This document shows positions 15,001 through 27,429 of a DNA stretch of 64,000 nt, piece after piece. Where the stretch lies: assembly GCA_040954595.2 (NCBI GenBank), contig CM082581.2, positions 2,472,699 to 2,536,698 of the forward strand. Direction: 5' to 3'. How positions within the stretch are numbered: the first letter of the stretch is position 1; every line of letters starts with the position of its first letter. The notes under the pieces were generated by a model, which was given only the letters and a program-made list of their open reading frames with translations, was not told the origin of the DNA and ran no database searches. The position numbers and the translations under genes were made by a program. Origin of the DNA: Balanoglossus misakiensis. Lineage: Eukaryota > Animalia > Hemichordata.

Positions 15001-18000
15001 ACAGTGCTTTTGGACATGTATTAACCCAGGGATTTATCATCAACTTGAAATCCCCATATGCATTTAATACCCATGTCAAAGTGAAGTGATTGCATCACTA
15101 TCTACCCTGATGCATCATCAACCTTGCTTCGCCATTTGCCCTGATGCAAAGAATCAGATTCAATGTGATCGTTCCATTAGCAATGTCAAATTAGAGTGCT
15201 TTTGGACACGTATTAACCTATGGATTTACATTTAACATTAAATACCCATGTGAAAGTGCAGAGTTTGCATCACCATCTACTCTGATGTATCATTGAGCTT
15301 GCTTCGCCATTTGCCCTAATGCAAAGAATCCCATTCAATGTCACCATTGCATATGCAATGTCAAAGTACAGTGCTTTCCGCCACGTATTAACCCAGGGAT
15401 TTACAGACAACTTTAAATCCCCCTGTAGACATTTTATGCCCATGTCAAAGTGCAGAGCTTGCATCACTATCTACCCTGATGCATCATCAACCTTGCTTCG
15501 CCATTTACCCTGATGCAAAGAATCAGATTCAATGTCATCGCTGCATTAGCAATGTCAAAGTACAGTGCTTTTGGACACGTATTAACCCAGGGATTTACAG
15601 ACAACTTTAAATCCCCCTGTAGGCATTTTATACCCATGTCAAAGTGAAGTGTTTGCATCACTATCTACCCTGATGCATCATAAAGCTTGCTACGCCATTT
15701 ACCCTGATGCAAAGAATCAGATTCAATGTTATCGTTGCATTAGCAATGTCAAAGTACAGTGCTTTTGGACACGTATTAACCCACAGATTTTTCAACAACC
15801 TGAAATCCCCATATGCATCTAATACCCATGTCAAAGTTAAGTGTTTGCATCACTATCTACCCTGATGCATCATAAAGCTTGCTACGCCATTTACCCTGAT
15901 GCAAAGAATCAGATTCAATGTCATCGTTGCATTAGCAATGTCAAAGTACAGTGATTTTGGACACGTATTAACCCAGGGATTTATCATCAACTTGAAATCC
16001 CCATATGCATTTAATACCCATGTCAAAGTGAAGTGTTTGCATCACTATCTACCCTGATGCAATATAAAGCTTGCTACGCCATTTACCCTGATGCAAAGAA
16101 ACAGATTCAATGTCATCGTTACATTAGCAATGTCAAAGTACAGTGCTTTTGGACACGTATTAACCCAGGGATTTATCATCAACTTGAAATCCCCATATGC
16201 ATTCAATACCCATGTCAAAGTGAAGTGATTGCATCACTATCTACCCTGATGCATCATCAACCTTGCTTCGCCATTTGCCCTGATGCAAAGAATCAGATTC
16301 AATGTCATCGTTGCATTAGCAATGTCAAATTAGAGTGCTTTTGGCCACGTATTAACCTATGGATTTACAGTTAACATTAAATACCCATGTGAAAGTGCAG
16401 AGTTTGCATCACCATCTACTCTGATGTATCATTGAGCTTGCTTCGCCATTTGCACTAATGCAAAGAATCCCATTCAATGTCACCATTGCATATGCAATGT
16501 CAAAGTACAGTGCTTTCCGCCACGTATTAACCCAGGGATTTACAGACAACTTTAAATCCCCCTGTAGACATTTTATGCCCATGTCAAAGTGCAGAGCTTG
16601 CATCACTATCTACCCTGATGCATCATCAACCTTGCTTCGCCATTTACCCTGATGCAAAGAATCAGATTCAATGTCATCGCTGCATTAGCAATGTCAAAGT
16701 ACAGTGTTTTGGACACGTAATAACCCAGGGATTTACAGACAACATTAAATCCCCCTGTAGGCATTTTATACCCATGTCAAAGTGAAGTGTTTGCATCAAT
16801 ATCTACCCTGATGCATCATAAAGCTTGCTACGCCATTTACCCTGATGCAAAGAATCAGATACAATGTCATCGTTGCATTAGCAATGTCAAAGTACAGTGA
16901 TTTTGGACACGTATTAACCCAGGGATTTATCATCAACTTGAAATCCCCATATGCATTCAATACCCATGTCAAAGTTAAGTGATTGCATCACTATCTACCC
17001 TGATGCATCATCAACCTTGCTTCGCCATTTGCCCTGATGCAAAGAATCAGATTCAATGTCATCGTTGCATTAGCAATGTCAAATTAGAGTGCTTTTGGCC
17101 ACGTATTAACCTATGGATTTACAGTTAACATTAAATACCCATGTGAAAGTGCAGAGTTTGCATCACCATCTACTCTGATGCATCATTGAGCTTGCTTCGC
17201 CATTTGCCCTAATGCAAAGAATCCCATTCAATGTCACCATTGCATATGCAATGTCAAAGTACAGTGCTTTCCGCCACGTATTAACCCAGGGATTTACAGA
17301 CAACTTTAAATCCCCCTATAGGCATTTTATACCCATGTCAAAGTGCACAGCTTGCATCACTATCTACCCTGATGCATCATCAACCTTGCTTCGCCATTAA
17401 CCCTGATGCAAAGAATCAGATTCAATGTCATCGCTGCATTAGCAATGTCAAAGTACAGTGTTTTTGGACACGTAATAACCCAGGGATTTACAGACAACTT
17501 TAAATCCCCCTATAGGCATTTTATACCCATGTCAAAGTGAAGTGTTTGCATCACTATCTACCCTGATGCATCATAAAGCTTGCTACGCCATTTACCCTGA
17601 TGCAAAGAATCAGATTCAATGTTATCGTTGCATTAGCAATGTCAAATTACAGTGCTTTTGGACACGTATTAACCCAGGGATTTATCATCAACTTGAAATC
17701 CCCATATGCATTTAATACCAATGTCAAAGTGAAGTGATTGCATCACTATCTACCCTGATGCATCATAAACCTTGCTTCGCCATTTGCCCTGATGCAAAGA
17801 ATCAGATTCAATGTCATCGTTCCATTAGCAATGTCAAATTAGAGTGCTTTTGGCCACGTATTAACCTATGGATTTACATTTAACATTAAATACCCATGTG
17901 AAAGTGCAGAGTTTGCATCACTATCTACTCTGATGCATCATTGAGCTTGCTTCGCCATTTGCCCTAATGCAAAGAATCCCATTCAATGTCACCATTGCAT

Positions 18001-21000
18001 TAGCAATGTCAAAGTACAGTGCTTTTGGACATGTGTTAACCCAGGGATTTATCATCAACTTGAAATCCCCATATGCATTTAATACCCATGTCAAAGTGAA
18101 GTGTTTGCATCACTATCTACCCTGATGCTTCATCAACCTTGCTTCGCCATTTACCCTGATGCAAAGAATCAGACTCAATGTCATCGTTGCATTAGCAATG
18201 TCAAAGTACAGTGCTTTTGGACATGTGTTAACCCAGGGATTTATCATCAACTTGAAATCCCCATATGCATTTAATACCCATGTCAAAGTGAAGTGTTTGC
18301 ATCACTATCTACCCTGATGCAATATAAAGCTTGCTACGCCATTTACCCTGATGCAAAGAAACAGATTCAATGTCATCGTTCCATTAGCAATGTCAAATTA
18401 GAGTGCTTTTGGCCACGTATTAACCTATGGATTTACATTTAACATTAAATACCCATGTGAAAGTGCAGAGTTTGCATCACCATCTACTCTGATGCATCAT
18501 TGAGCTTGCTTCGCCATTTGCCCTAATGCAAAGAATCCCATTCAATGTCACCATTGCATATGCAATGTCAAAGTACAGTGCTTTCCGCCACGTATTAACC
18601 CAGGGATTTACAGACAACTTTAAATCCCCCTGTAGGCATTTTATGCCCATGTCAAAGTGCAGAGCTTGCATCACTATCTACCCTGATGCTTCATCAACCT
18701 TGCTTCGCCATTTACCCTGATGCAAAGAATCAGATTCAATGTCATCGCTGCATTAGCAATGTCAAAGTACAGTGTTTTTGGACACGTAATAACCCAGGGA
18801 TTTACAGACAACATTAAATCCCCCTGTAGGCATTTTATACCCATGTCAAAGTGAAGTGTTTGCATCACTATCTACCCTGATGCATCATAAAGCTTGCTAC
18901 GCCATTTACCCTGATGCAAAGAATCAGATTCAATGTTATCGTTGCATTAGCAATGTCAAACTACAGTGCTTTTGGACACGTATTAACCCACAGATTTTTC
19001 AACAACCTGAAATCCCCATATGCATTTAATACCCATGTCAAAGTGAAGTGTTTGCATCACTATCTACCCTGATGCATCATAAAGCTTGCTACGCCATATA
19101 CCCTGATGCAAAGAATCAGATTCAATGTCATCGTTGCATTAGCAATGTCAAATTACAGTGCTTTTGGACACGTATTAACCCAGGGATTTATCATCAACTT
19201 GAAATCCCCATATGCATTTAATACCAATGTCAAAGTGAAGTGATTGCATCACTATCTATCCTGATGCATCACCAACCTTGCTTCGCCATTTGCCCTGATG
19301 CAAAGAATCAGATTCAATGTCATCGTTGCATTAGCAATGTCAAATTAGAGTGCTTTTGGCCACGTATTAACCTATGGATTTACATTTAACATTAAATACC
19401 CATGTGAAAGTGCAGAGTTTGCATCACCATCTACTCTGATGCATCATTGAGCTTGCTTCGCCATTTACCCTGATGCAAAGAATCAGATTCAATGTCATCG
19501 TTGCATTAGCAATGTCAAAGTACAGTGCTTTTGGACACGTATTAACCCAGGGATTTACAGACAACTTTAAATCCCCCTGTAGGCATTTTATACCCATGTC
19601 AAAGTGAAGTGTTTGCATCACTATCTACCCTGATGCATCATCAACCTTGCTTCGCCATTTACCCTGATGCAAAGAATCAGACTCAATGTCATCGTTGCAT
19701 TAGCAATGTCAAAGTACAGTGCTTTTGGACATGTGTTAACCCAGGGATTTATCATCAACTTGAAATCCCCATATGCATTTAATACCCATGTCAAAGTGAA
19801 GTGTTTGCATCACTATCTACCCTGATGCAATATAAAGCTTGCTACGCCATTTACCCTGATGCAAAGAAACAGATTCAATGTCATCTTTACATTAGCAATG
19901 TCAAAGTACAGTGCTTTTGGACACGTATTAACCCAGGGATTTATCATCAACTTGAAATCCCCATATGCATTCAATACCCATGTCAAAGTTAAGTGATTGC
20001 ATCACTATCTACCCTGATGCATCATAAAGCTTGCTACGCCATTTACCCTGATGCAAAGAATCAGATTCAATGTCATCGTTACATTAGCAATGTCAAAGTA
20101 CAGTGCTTTTGGACACGTATTAACCCAGGGATTTATCATCAACTTGAATTCCCCATATTCATTTAATACCCATGTCAAAGTGAAATGATTGCTTCACTAC
20201 CTACCCTGATGCATCATCAACCTTGCTTCGCCATTTGCCCTGATGCAAAGAATCAGATTCAATGAGATCGTTGCATTAGCAATGTCAAATTAGAGTGCTT
20301 TTGGCCACGTATTAACCTATGGATTTATATTTAACATTAAATACCCATGTGAAAGTGCAGAGTTTGCATCACCATCTACTCTGATGCATCATTGAGCTTG
20401 CTACGCCATTTACCCTGATGCAAAGAATCAGATTCAATGTCATCATTGCATTAGCAATGTCAAAGTACAGTGCTTTTCGACACGTATTAACCCACAGATT
20501 TTTCAACAACCTGAAATCCCCATATGCATTTAATACCCATGTCAAAGTGAAGTGTTTGCATCACTATCTACCCTGATGCATCATAAAGCTTGCTACGCCA
20601 TTTACCCTGATGCAAAGAATCAGATTCAATGTCATCGTTACATTAGCAATGTCAAAGTACAGTGCTTTTGGACACGTATTAACCCAGGGATTTATCATCA
20701 ACTTGAAATCCCCATATGCATTTAATACCCATGTCAAAGTGAAGTGATTGCATCACTATCTATCCTGATGCATCATCAACCTTGCTTTGCCATTTGCCCT
20801 GATGCAAAGAATCAGATTCAATGTCATCGTTGCATTAGCAATGTCAAATTAGAGTGCTTTTGGCCACGTATTAACCTATGGATTTACATTTAACATTAAA
20901 TACCCATGTGAAAGTGCAGAGTTTGCATCACCATCTACTCTGATGCATCATTGAGCTTGCTTCGCCATTTGCCCTAATGCAAAGAATCCCATTCAATGTC

Positions 21001-24000
21001 ACCATTGCATATGCAATGTCAAAGTACAGTGCTTTCCGCCACGTATTAACCCAGGGATTTACAGACAACTTTAAATCCCCCAGTAGGCATTTTATACCCA
21101 TGTCAAAGTGCAGAGCTTGCATCACTATCTACCCTGATGCATCATCAACCTTGCTTCGCCATTTACCCTGATGCAAAGAATCAGATTCAATGTCAATGTT
21201 GCATTAGCAATGTCAAAGTACAGTGCTTTTGGACACGTATTAACCCAGGGATTTACAGACAACTTTAAATCCCCCTGTAGGCATTTTACACCCATGTCAA
21301 AGTGAAGTGTTTGCATCACTATCTACCCTGATGCATCATAAAGCTTGCTACGCCATTTACCCTGATGCAAAGAATCAGATTCAATGTCATCATTGCATTA
21401 GCAATGTCAAAGTACAGTGCTTTTCGACACGTATTAACCCACAGATTTTTCAACAACCTGAAATCCCCATATGCATTTAATACCCATGTCAAAGTGAAGT
21501 GTTTGCATCACTATCTACCCTGATGCATCATAAAGCTTGCTACGCCATTTAACCTGATGCAAAGAATCAGACTCAATGTCATCGTTGCATTAGCAATGTC
21601 AAAGTACAGTGCTTTTGGACATGTATTAACCCAGGGATTTATCATCAACTTGAAATCCCCATATGCATTTAATACCCATGTCAAAGTGAAGTGATTGCAT
21701 CACTATCTACCCTGATGCATCATCAACCTTGCTTCGCCATTTGCCCTGATGCAAAGAATCAGATTCAATGTCATCGTTCCATTAGCAATGTCAAATTAGA
21801 GTGCTTTTGGCCACGTATTAACCTATGGATTTACATTTAACATTAAATACCCATGTGAAAGTGCAGAGTTTGCATCACCATCTACTCTGATGTATCATTG
21901 AGCTTGCTTCGCCATTTGCCCTAATGCAAAGAATCCCATTCAATGTCACCATTGCATATGCAATGTCAAAGTACAGTGCTTTCCGCCACGTATTAACCCA
22001 GGGATTTACAGACAACTTTAAATCCCCCTGTAGACATTTTATGCCCATGTCAAAGTGCAGAGCTTGCATCACTATCTACCCTGATGCATCATCAACCTTG
22101 CTTCGCCATTTACCCTGATGCAAAGAATCAGATTCAATGTCATCGCTGCATTAGCAATGTCAAAGTACAGTGTTTTTGGACACGTAATAACCCAGGGATT
22201 TACAGACAACATTAAATCCCCCTGTAGGCATTTTATACCCATGTCAAAGTGAAGTGTTTGCATCACTATCTACCCTGATGCATCATAAAGCTTGCTACGC
22301 CATTTACCCTGATGCAAAGAATCAGATTCAATGTTATCGTTGCATTAGCAATGTCAAAGTACAGTGCTTTTGGACACGTATTAACCCACAGATTTTTCAA
22401 CAACCTGAAATCCCCATATGCATTTAATACCCATGTCAATGTGAAGTGTTTGCATCACTATCTACCCTGATGCAATATAAAGCTTGCTACGCCATTTACC
22501 CTGATGCAAAGAAACAGATTTAATGTCATCGTTACATTAGCAATGTCAAAGTACAGTGCTTTTGGACACGTATTAACCCAGGGATTTATCATCAACTTGA
22601 AATCCCCATATGCATTCAATACCCATGTCAAAGTGAAGTGATTGCATCACTATCTACCCTGATGCATCATCAACCTTGCTTCGCCATTTGCCCTGATGCA
22701 AAGAATCAGATTCAATGTCATCGTTGCATTAGCAATGTCAAATTAGAGTGCTTTTGGCCACGTATTAACCTATGGATTTACAGTTAACATTAAATACCCA
22801 TGTGAAAGTGCAGAGTTTGCATCACCATTGTCAAAGTGAAGTGATTGCATCACTATCTACCCTGATGCATCATCAACCTTGCTTCGCCATTTGCCCTGAT
22901 GCAAAGAATCAGATTCAATGTCATCGTTGCATTAGCAATGTCAAATTAGAGTGCTTTTGGCCACGTATTAACCTATGGATTTACACTTAACATTAAATAC
23001 CCATGTGAAAGTGCAGAGCTGGCATCACCATCTACTCTGATGTATCATTGAGCTTGCTTCGCCATTTGCCCTAATGCAAAGAATCCCATTCAATGTCACC
23101 ATTGCATATGCAATGTCAAAGTACAGTGCTTTCCGCCACGTATTAACCCAGGGATTTACAGACAACTTTAAATCCCCCTGTAGACATTTTATGCCCATGT
23201 CAAAGTGCAGAGCTTGTATCACTATCTACCCTGATGCATCATCAACCTTGCTTCGCCATTTACCCTGATGCAAAGAATCAGATTCAATGTCATCGCTGCA
23301 TTAGCAATGTCAAAGTACAGTGTTTTTGGACACGTAATAACCCAGGGATTTACAGACAACATTAAATCCCCCTGTAGGCATTTTATACCCATGTCAAAGT
23401 GAAGTGTTTGCATCACTATCTACCCTGATGCATCATAAAGCTTGCTACGCCATTTACCCTGATGCAAAGAATCAGATACAATGTCATCGTTGCATTAGCA
23501 ATGTCAAAGTACAGTGATTTTGGCCACGTATTAACCTATGGATTTACAGTTAACATTAAATACCCATGTGAAAGTGCAGAGTTTGCATCACCATCTACTC
23601 TGATGCATCATTGAGCTTGCGCCGCCATTTGCCCTAATGCAAAGAATCCCATTCAATGTCACCATTGCATATGCAATGTCAAAGTACAGTGCTTTCCGCC
23701 ACGTATTAACCCAGGGATTTACAGACAACTTTAAATCCCCCTGTAGACATTTTATGCCCATGTCAAAGTGCAGAGCCTGCATCACTATCTACCCTGATGC
23801 TTCATCAACCTTGCTTCGCCATTTACCCTGATGCAAAGAATCAGATTCAATGTCATCGCTGCATTAGCAATGTCTAAGTACAGTGTTTTGGGACACGTAA
23901 TAACCCAGGGATTTACAGACAACATTAAATCCCCCTGTAGACATTTTATACCCATGTCAAGGTGAAGTGTTTGCATCACTATCTACCCTGATGCATCATA

Positions 24001-24905
24001 AAGCTTGCTACGCCATTTACCCTGATGCAAAGAATCAGATTCAATGTTATCGTTGCATTAGCAATGTCAAAGTACAGTGCTTTTGGACACGTATTAACCC
24101 ACAGATTTTTCAACAACCTGAAATCCCCATATGCATTTAATACCCATGTCAAAGTTAAGTGTTTGCATCACTATCTACCCTGATTCATCATAAAGCTTGC
24201 TACGCCATTTACCCTGATGCAAAGAATCAGATTCAATGTCATCGTTGCATTAGCAATGTCAAAGTACAGTGATTTTGGACACGTATTAACCCAGGGATTT
24301 ATCATCAACTTGAAATCCCCATATGCATTTAATACCCATGTCAAAGTGAAGTGATTGCATCACTATCTACCCTGATGCATCATCAACCTTGCTTCGCCAT
24401 TTACCCTGATGCAAAGAAACAGATTCAATGTCATCGTTACATTAGCAATGTCAAAGTACAGTGCTTTTGGACACGTATTAACCCAGGGATTTATCATCAA
24501 CTTGAAATCCCCATATGCATTCAATACCCATGTCAAAGTTAAGTGATTGCATCACTATCTACCCTGATGCATCATCAACCTTGCTTCGCCATTTGCCCTG
24601 ATGCAAAGAATCAGATTCAATGTCATCGTTCCATTAACAATGTCAAAATAGAGTGCTTTTGGCCACGTATTAACCTATGGATTTACATTTAACATTAAAT
24701 ACCCATGTGAAAGTGCAGAGCTTGCATCACCATCTACTCTGATGCATCATTGAGCTTGCTTCGCCATTTGCCCTAATGCAAAGAATCCCATTCAATGTCA
24801 TCGTTGCATTAGCAATGTCAAAGTACAGTGCTTTCCGCCACGTATTAACCCAGGGATTTACTGACAACTTTAAATCCCCCTATACACATTTTATACCCAT
24901 GTCAA
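1..24905. repeat. Satellite DNA array, ~190-bp monomers in a 5-mer (947-bp) higher-order repeat; continues off the left edge
   Basis: Monomers A (194, cattgagcttg/cattgcatatgcaatg), B (194), C (192, cacagatttttc), D (192, tatcatcaacttg) and E (175, aaattagagtg/ctatggattt) sum to 947. Incidental A-monomer ORFs recur at 2398, 3345, 4292, 5239 and 6186, exactly 947 apart. Variant HORs of 753/755/1139/563/1527 bp equal loss or gain of whole monomers. Confidence 0.98.
6876..16369. repeat. Tandem duplication of a 4,735-bp super-HOR (two near-identical copies)
   Basis: The spacing series 755,947,947,947,1139 occurs twice (6939->11674->16409). Private variants recur at +4735: gccaattg (~6975/11710), gaccacttt (~7830/12565), cccttgtc (~8250/12985), tatttaccc (~8951/13686), tactcttatg (~9596/14331). 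Confidence 0.93.
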
Positions 24906-24961
24906 TGTGACAGGGTTCGAACCCATGATCCTCTAACCACTGGACTATGACTATGTGACAG
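24905..24961 (-). promoter_or_regulatory. tRNA/SINE-head-like fragment (Pol III A box + B box) at the satellite boundary
   Basis: The minus strand reads TAGTCCAGTGG-TTAGAGGATCATG-GGTTCGAACCC (A-box-like 24947-24937; B box within 24924-24913), bracketed by a 9-bp direct repeat ATGTGACAG (24905-13, 24953-61). Box spacing is too short for an intact tRNA. Confidence 0.5.
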
Positions 24962-26139
24962 AATGACCTTTCTGTATGGTGCCTTGTTTAGCTCCTAGTC
25001 AGATTTCAAGAAAATGTGGAAAAGTGCAAATTAGTCTCTTTGAATTTCCAACAACTCAGTTTGTCAGCTCCCATATCCCAGTTCTCTGACCAGTTCCCAT
25101 TCTTCTTAGATGTCACAATACTGATCACAAGACATGCAGTTGTACACTTTGCGGAAAACATTATGAATATATGCAGATAAGAAAAGACTTACTTGTGGGC
25201 AATTTAAACACAACATTTTGAGTAAAGTGGGTAAAATAGGATTAAAGTTGGTTTATAAAGGCATATCGAAAAGAATCTACTTCAATTTGTTCATTTCTGA
25301 AATTTGAGAATATGAATATGCATGTTTTATTTGCCATATATGAACACCAATGAAAAGTTATGTTTCCAGCTTAGGTATTGGTGGATTTGAACCACCTGAC
25401 ATCAGAAGACGCCTCCAGAATACCTCTAATTTGGTTGCATAATTTTCATGTGAATGTTCATAATATAGCGATTGATTAATCCCTAATTTTTTATTTTTAT
25501 TTTTTTTTTGGGGGGGGGGGGGCTGGAGGGGGTGGAGGTTCAAGTAGTAAATCTTGCAGGCCAATTTGAAACAATGTGACATGTAGTTAACCTGAAAGAA
25601 ATTAACACAAAAAGTTTCTGCTCTTTTTGAAACAAGGTGTCATGTGGTTGAACTGTGACAATGGGCCAGTCAAAATAGCATCTGCAAATTATGCACACAA
25701 TAGAGTGATGGGTTAGTGGGTTAAGTTTACTTTTACCTTAGCATTATATAACACACTATCGTGTACATAATCTCGCAGAGCTCTATCATAATTGTTTTCA
25801 AATAAAGCAAGATAACTACTTGTATGATTACATATCTAATTTACGCGCCTAAAGGGCAGTTAAAAACCTCAGACCAGTTACAAAAGAGGAAAAAAAACTG
25901 TCCTCTCCTCCTCTCACCCCATGATCTAAGCTAAATTTGGAATTTGGATGGGGTGGGGAGGTTTAGCTAACCTAACATGTTCTGCCTGTCTGTCGCGTAC
26001 AATGTGTCCATGCGCGAATACGATCACGGGTACCGTTGCGAGAAATTCCACCGAATAACGATGCTGACGAGTATTATCTATCTGAGAAATAATAGCATGT
26101 TATTCATAAAACATACACATTAACCAATTAATGAACCAA

Positions 26140-26640
26140 CATGATTATTAGACCCTGGACACTTATTTAATGTTATATCATTATTATACCTCTGTCATCA
26201 TCATCAATATTAACGCCCTTGTATACTTAATATCACCATAAGCCATCACCGCAATTATTAATCGTTATTATACCCTTCCATGATTGTTACCTTTATTAAA
26301 CCCGACACAGTTATCACCATTTATTATACCCTTCTCATTCATATACCCATTATAACCTGTGTACACAAGTCATCATCATATTATAAACCCATTATTATAC
26401 CTTTTATACCACTGTTACCCCTGTATAACCTGTGTACACTCAAATTTTACCATAAGCCATCATCACATTTGTAACCCTTTTATTAAACCATTCATATTTG
26501 TTCGCCTTTATTATACCATACACATTTATGAACCTATTATCATACCCTGCACAAAGCCATTGCTGTTAACCTCATTTTAGCATAAGTAATCACTACCAAT
26601 TATTAACCTGATTTATTGGACTATTAAGTTTTATATTACG
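26140..26640. repeat. Degenerate low-complexity tract built on TTATTATACC-like motifs
   Basis: ttattatacc recurs near 26182, 26265, 26321, 26392 and 26508 in a G-poor plus strand. Confidence 0.6.
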
Positions 26641-26712
26641 ATCACTTCGTTTTGTACTCCTATATAACTCTACCTCATAATTTCGGTCAATAGGTTTATT
26701 ATGTTGAAACTC

Positions 26713-27410
26713 CACTTCTCCATCCTTCCACATCTCCATCCTTTAAGTTGACGCTCCACGGCACCATCCATCCACCAAAGTTTATATTTCAGCAGGTTGA
26801 CTATGGTTGACACCCCGCTCCATCCATCCATCAAAGTTTAATATTAGTAGGTTGACTATGGTTGACACTCCGCTCCATCCATCCATCCATCACATTTTAC
26901 GTTAGTAGGTTGATTATGGTGTTACCAGTGAGCCCTACAGGAAAAAAAAGAGAAAAAAGAGAAAAAAAAACTCTTCTTCTCCATCCTTCCACTTCTCCAT
27001 CGTTTAAGTTGACGCTCCATGGCACCATCCATCCATCAAAGTTTATATTTCAGCAGGTTGACTATGGTTGACGCGCCGCCCCATCCATCCATCAAAGTTT
27101 ATATTTAGTAGGTTGACTATGGTTGACGCTCCGTTCCATCCATCCATCAAAGTTTAATATTAGTAGGTTGACTATGGTTGACGCTCCGCTCCATCCATCC
27201 ATCAAAGTTTATATTAGTAGGTTGACTATGGTTGACACTCCGCTCCACCCATCCATCAAATTTTACGTTAGTAGGTTGATTATGGTGTTACCATTGGGGT
27301 CTACAGGGAAAAAAAGAAGAGAAGAGAGAAAAAAGAAAGAAAGAAAGGAAGAGAGAGAGAAGAAGAAGAGTACCGGTGGGACCTACAGAAGAAAAAAGAA
27401 TGAAAGAATT
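26713..27410. repeat. ~56-bp minisatellite in two duplicated blocks, each ending in a purine-rich tail
   Basis: Unit ccatccatccatcaaagtttaatattagtaggttgactatggttgacactccgct; about 3 copies in 26713-26940 and about 5 in 26975-27310. Both blocks share the head cttctccatccttccac. Confidence 0.9.
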
Positions 27411-27429
27411 AAATACATGAAATCAATGA

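Noticed and set aside
116-24542. Dozens of 62-113-aa ORFs (MMQTLHFDMG..., MQRIPFNV...)
   Set aside because: They are by-products of satellite monomers. Frames break between monomers of 194 and 175 bp, and there are no domains or splice structure.
1-24905. CRISPR array or hammerhead-ribozyme satellite
   Set aside because: No unique spacers or cas genes. The monomer has CTGATGC, not the CTGAnGA core, and I saw no matching three-stem fold.
1-24905. Telomere-derived repeat (TAACCC/CCCTAA-like words)
   Set aside because: Only isolated hexamers per monomer, never tandem.
24905-24961. Functional tRNA gene
   Set aside because: Only ~13 nt between the boxes; no anticodon arm or acceptor stem.
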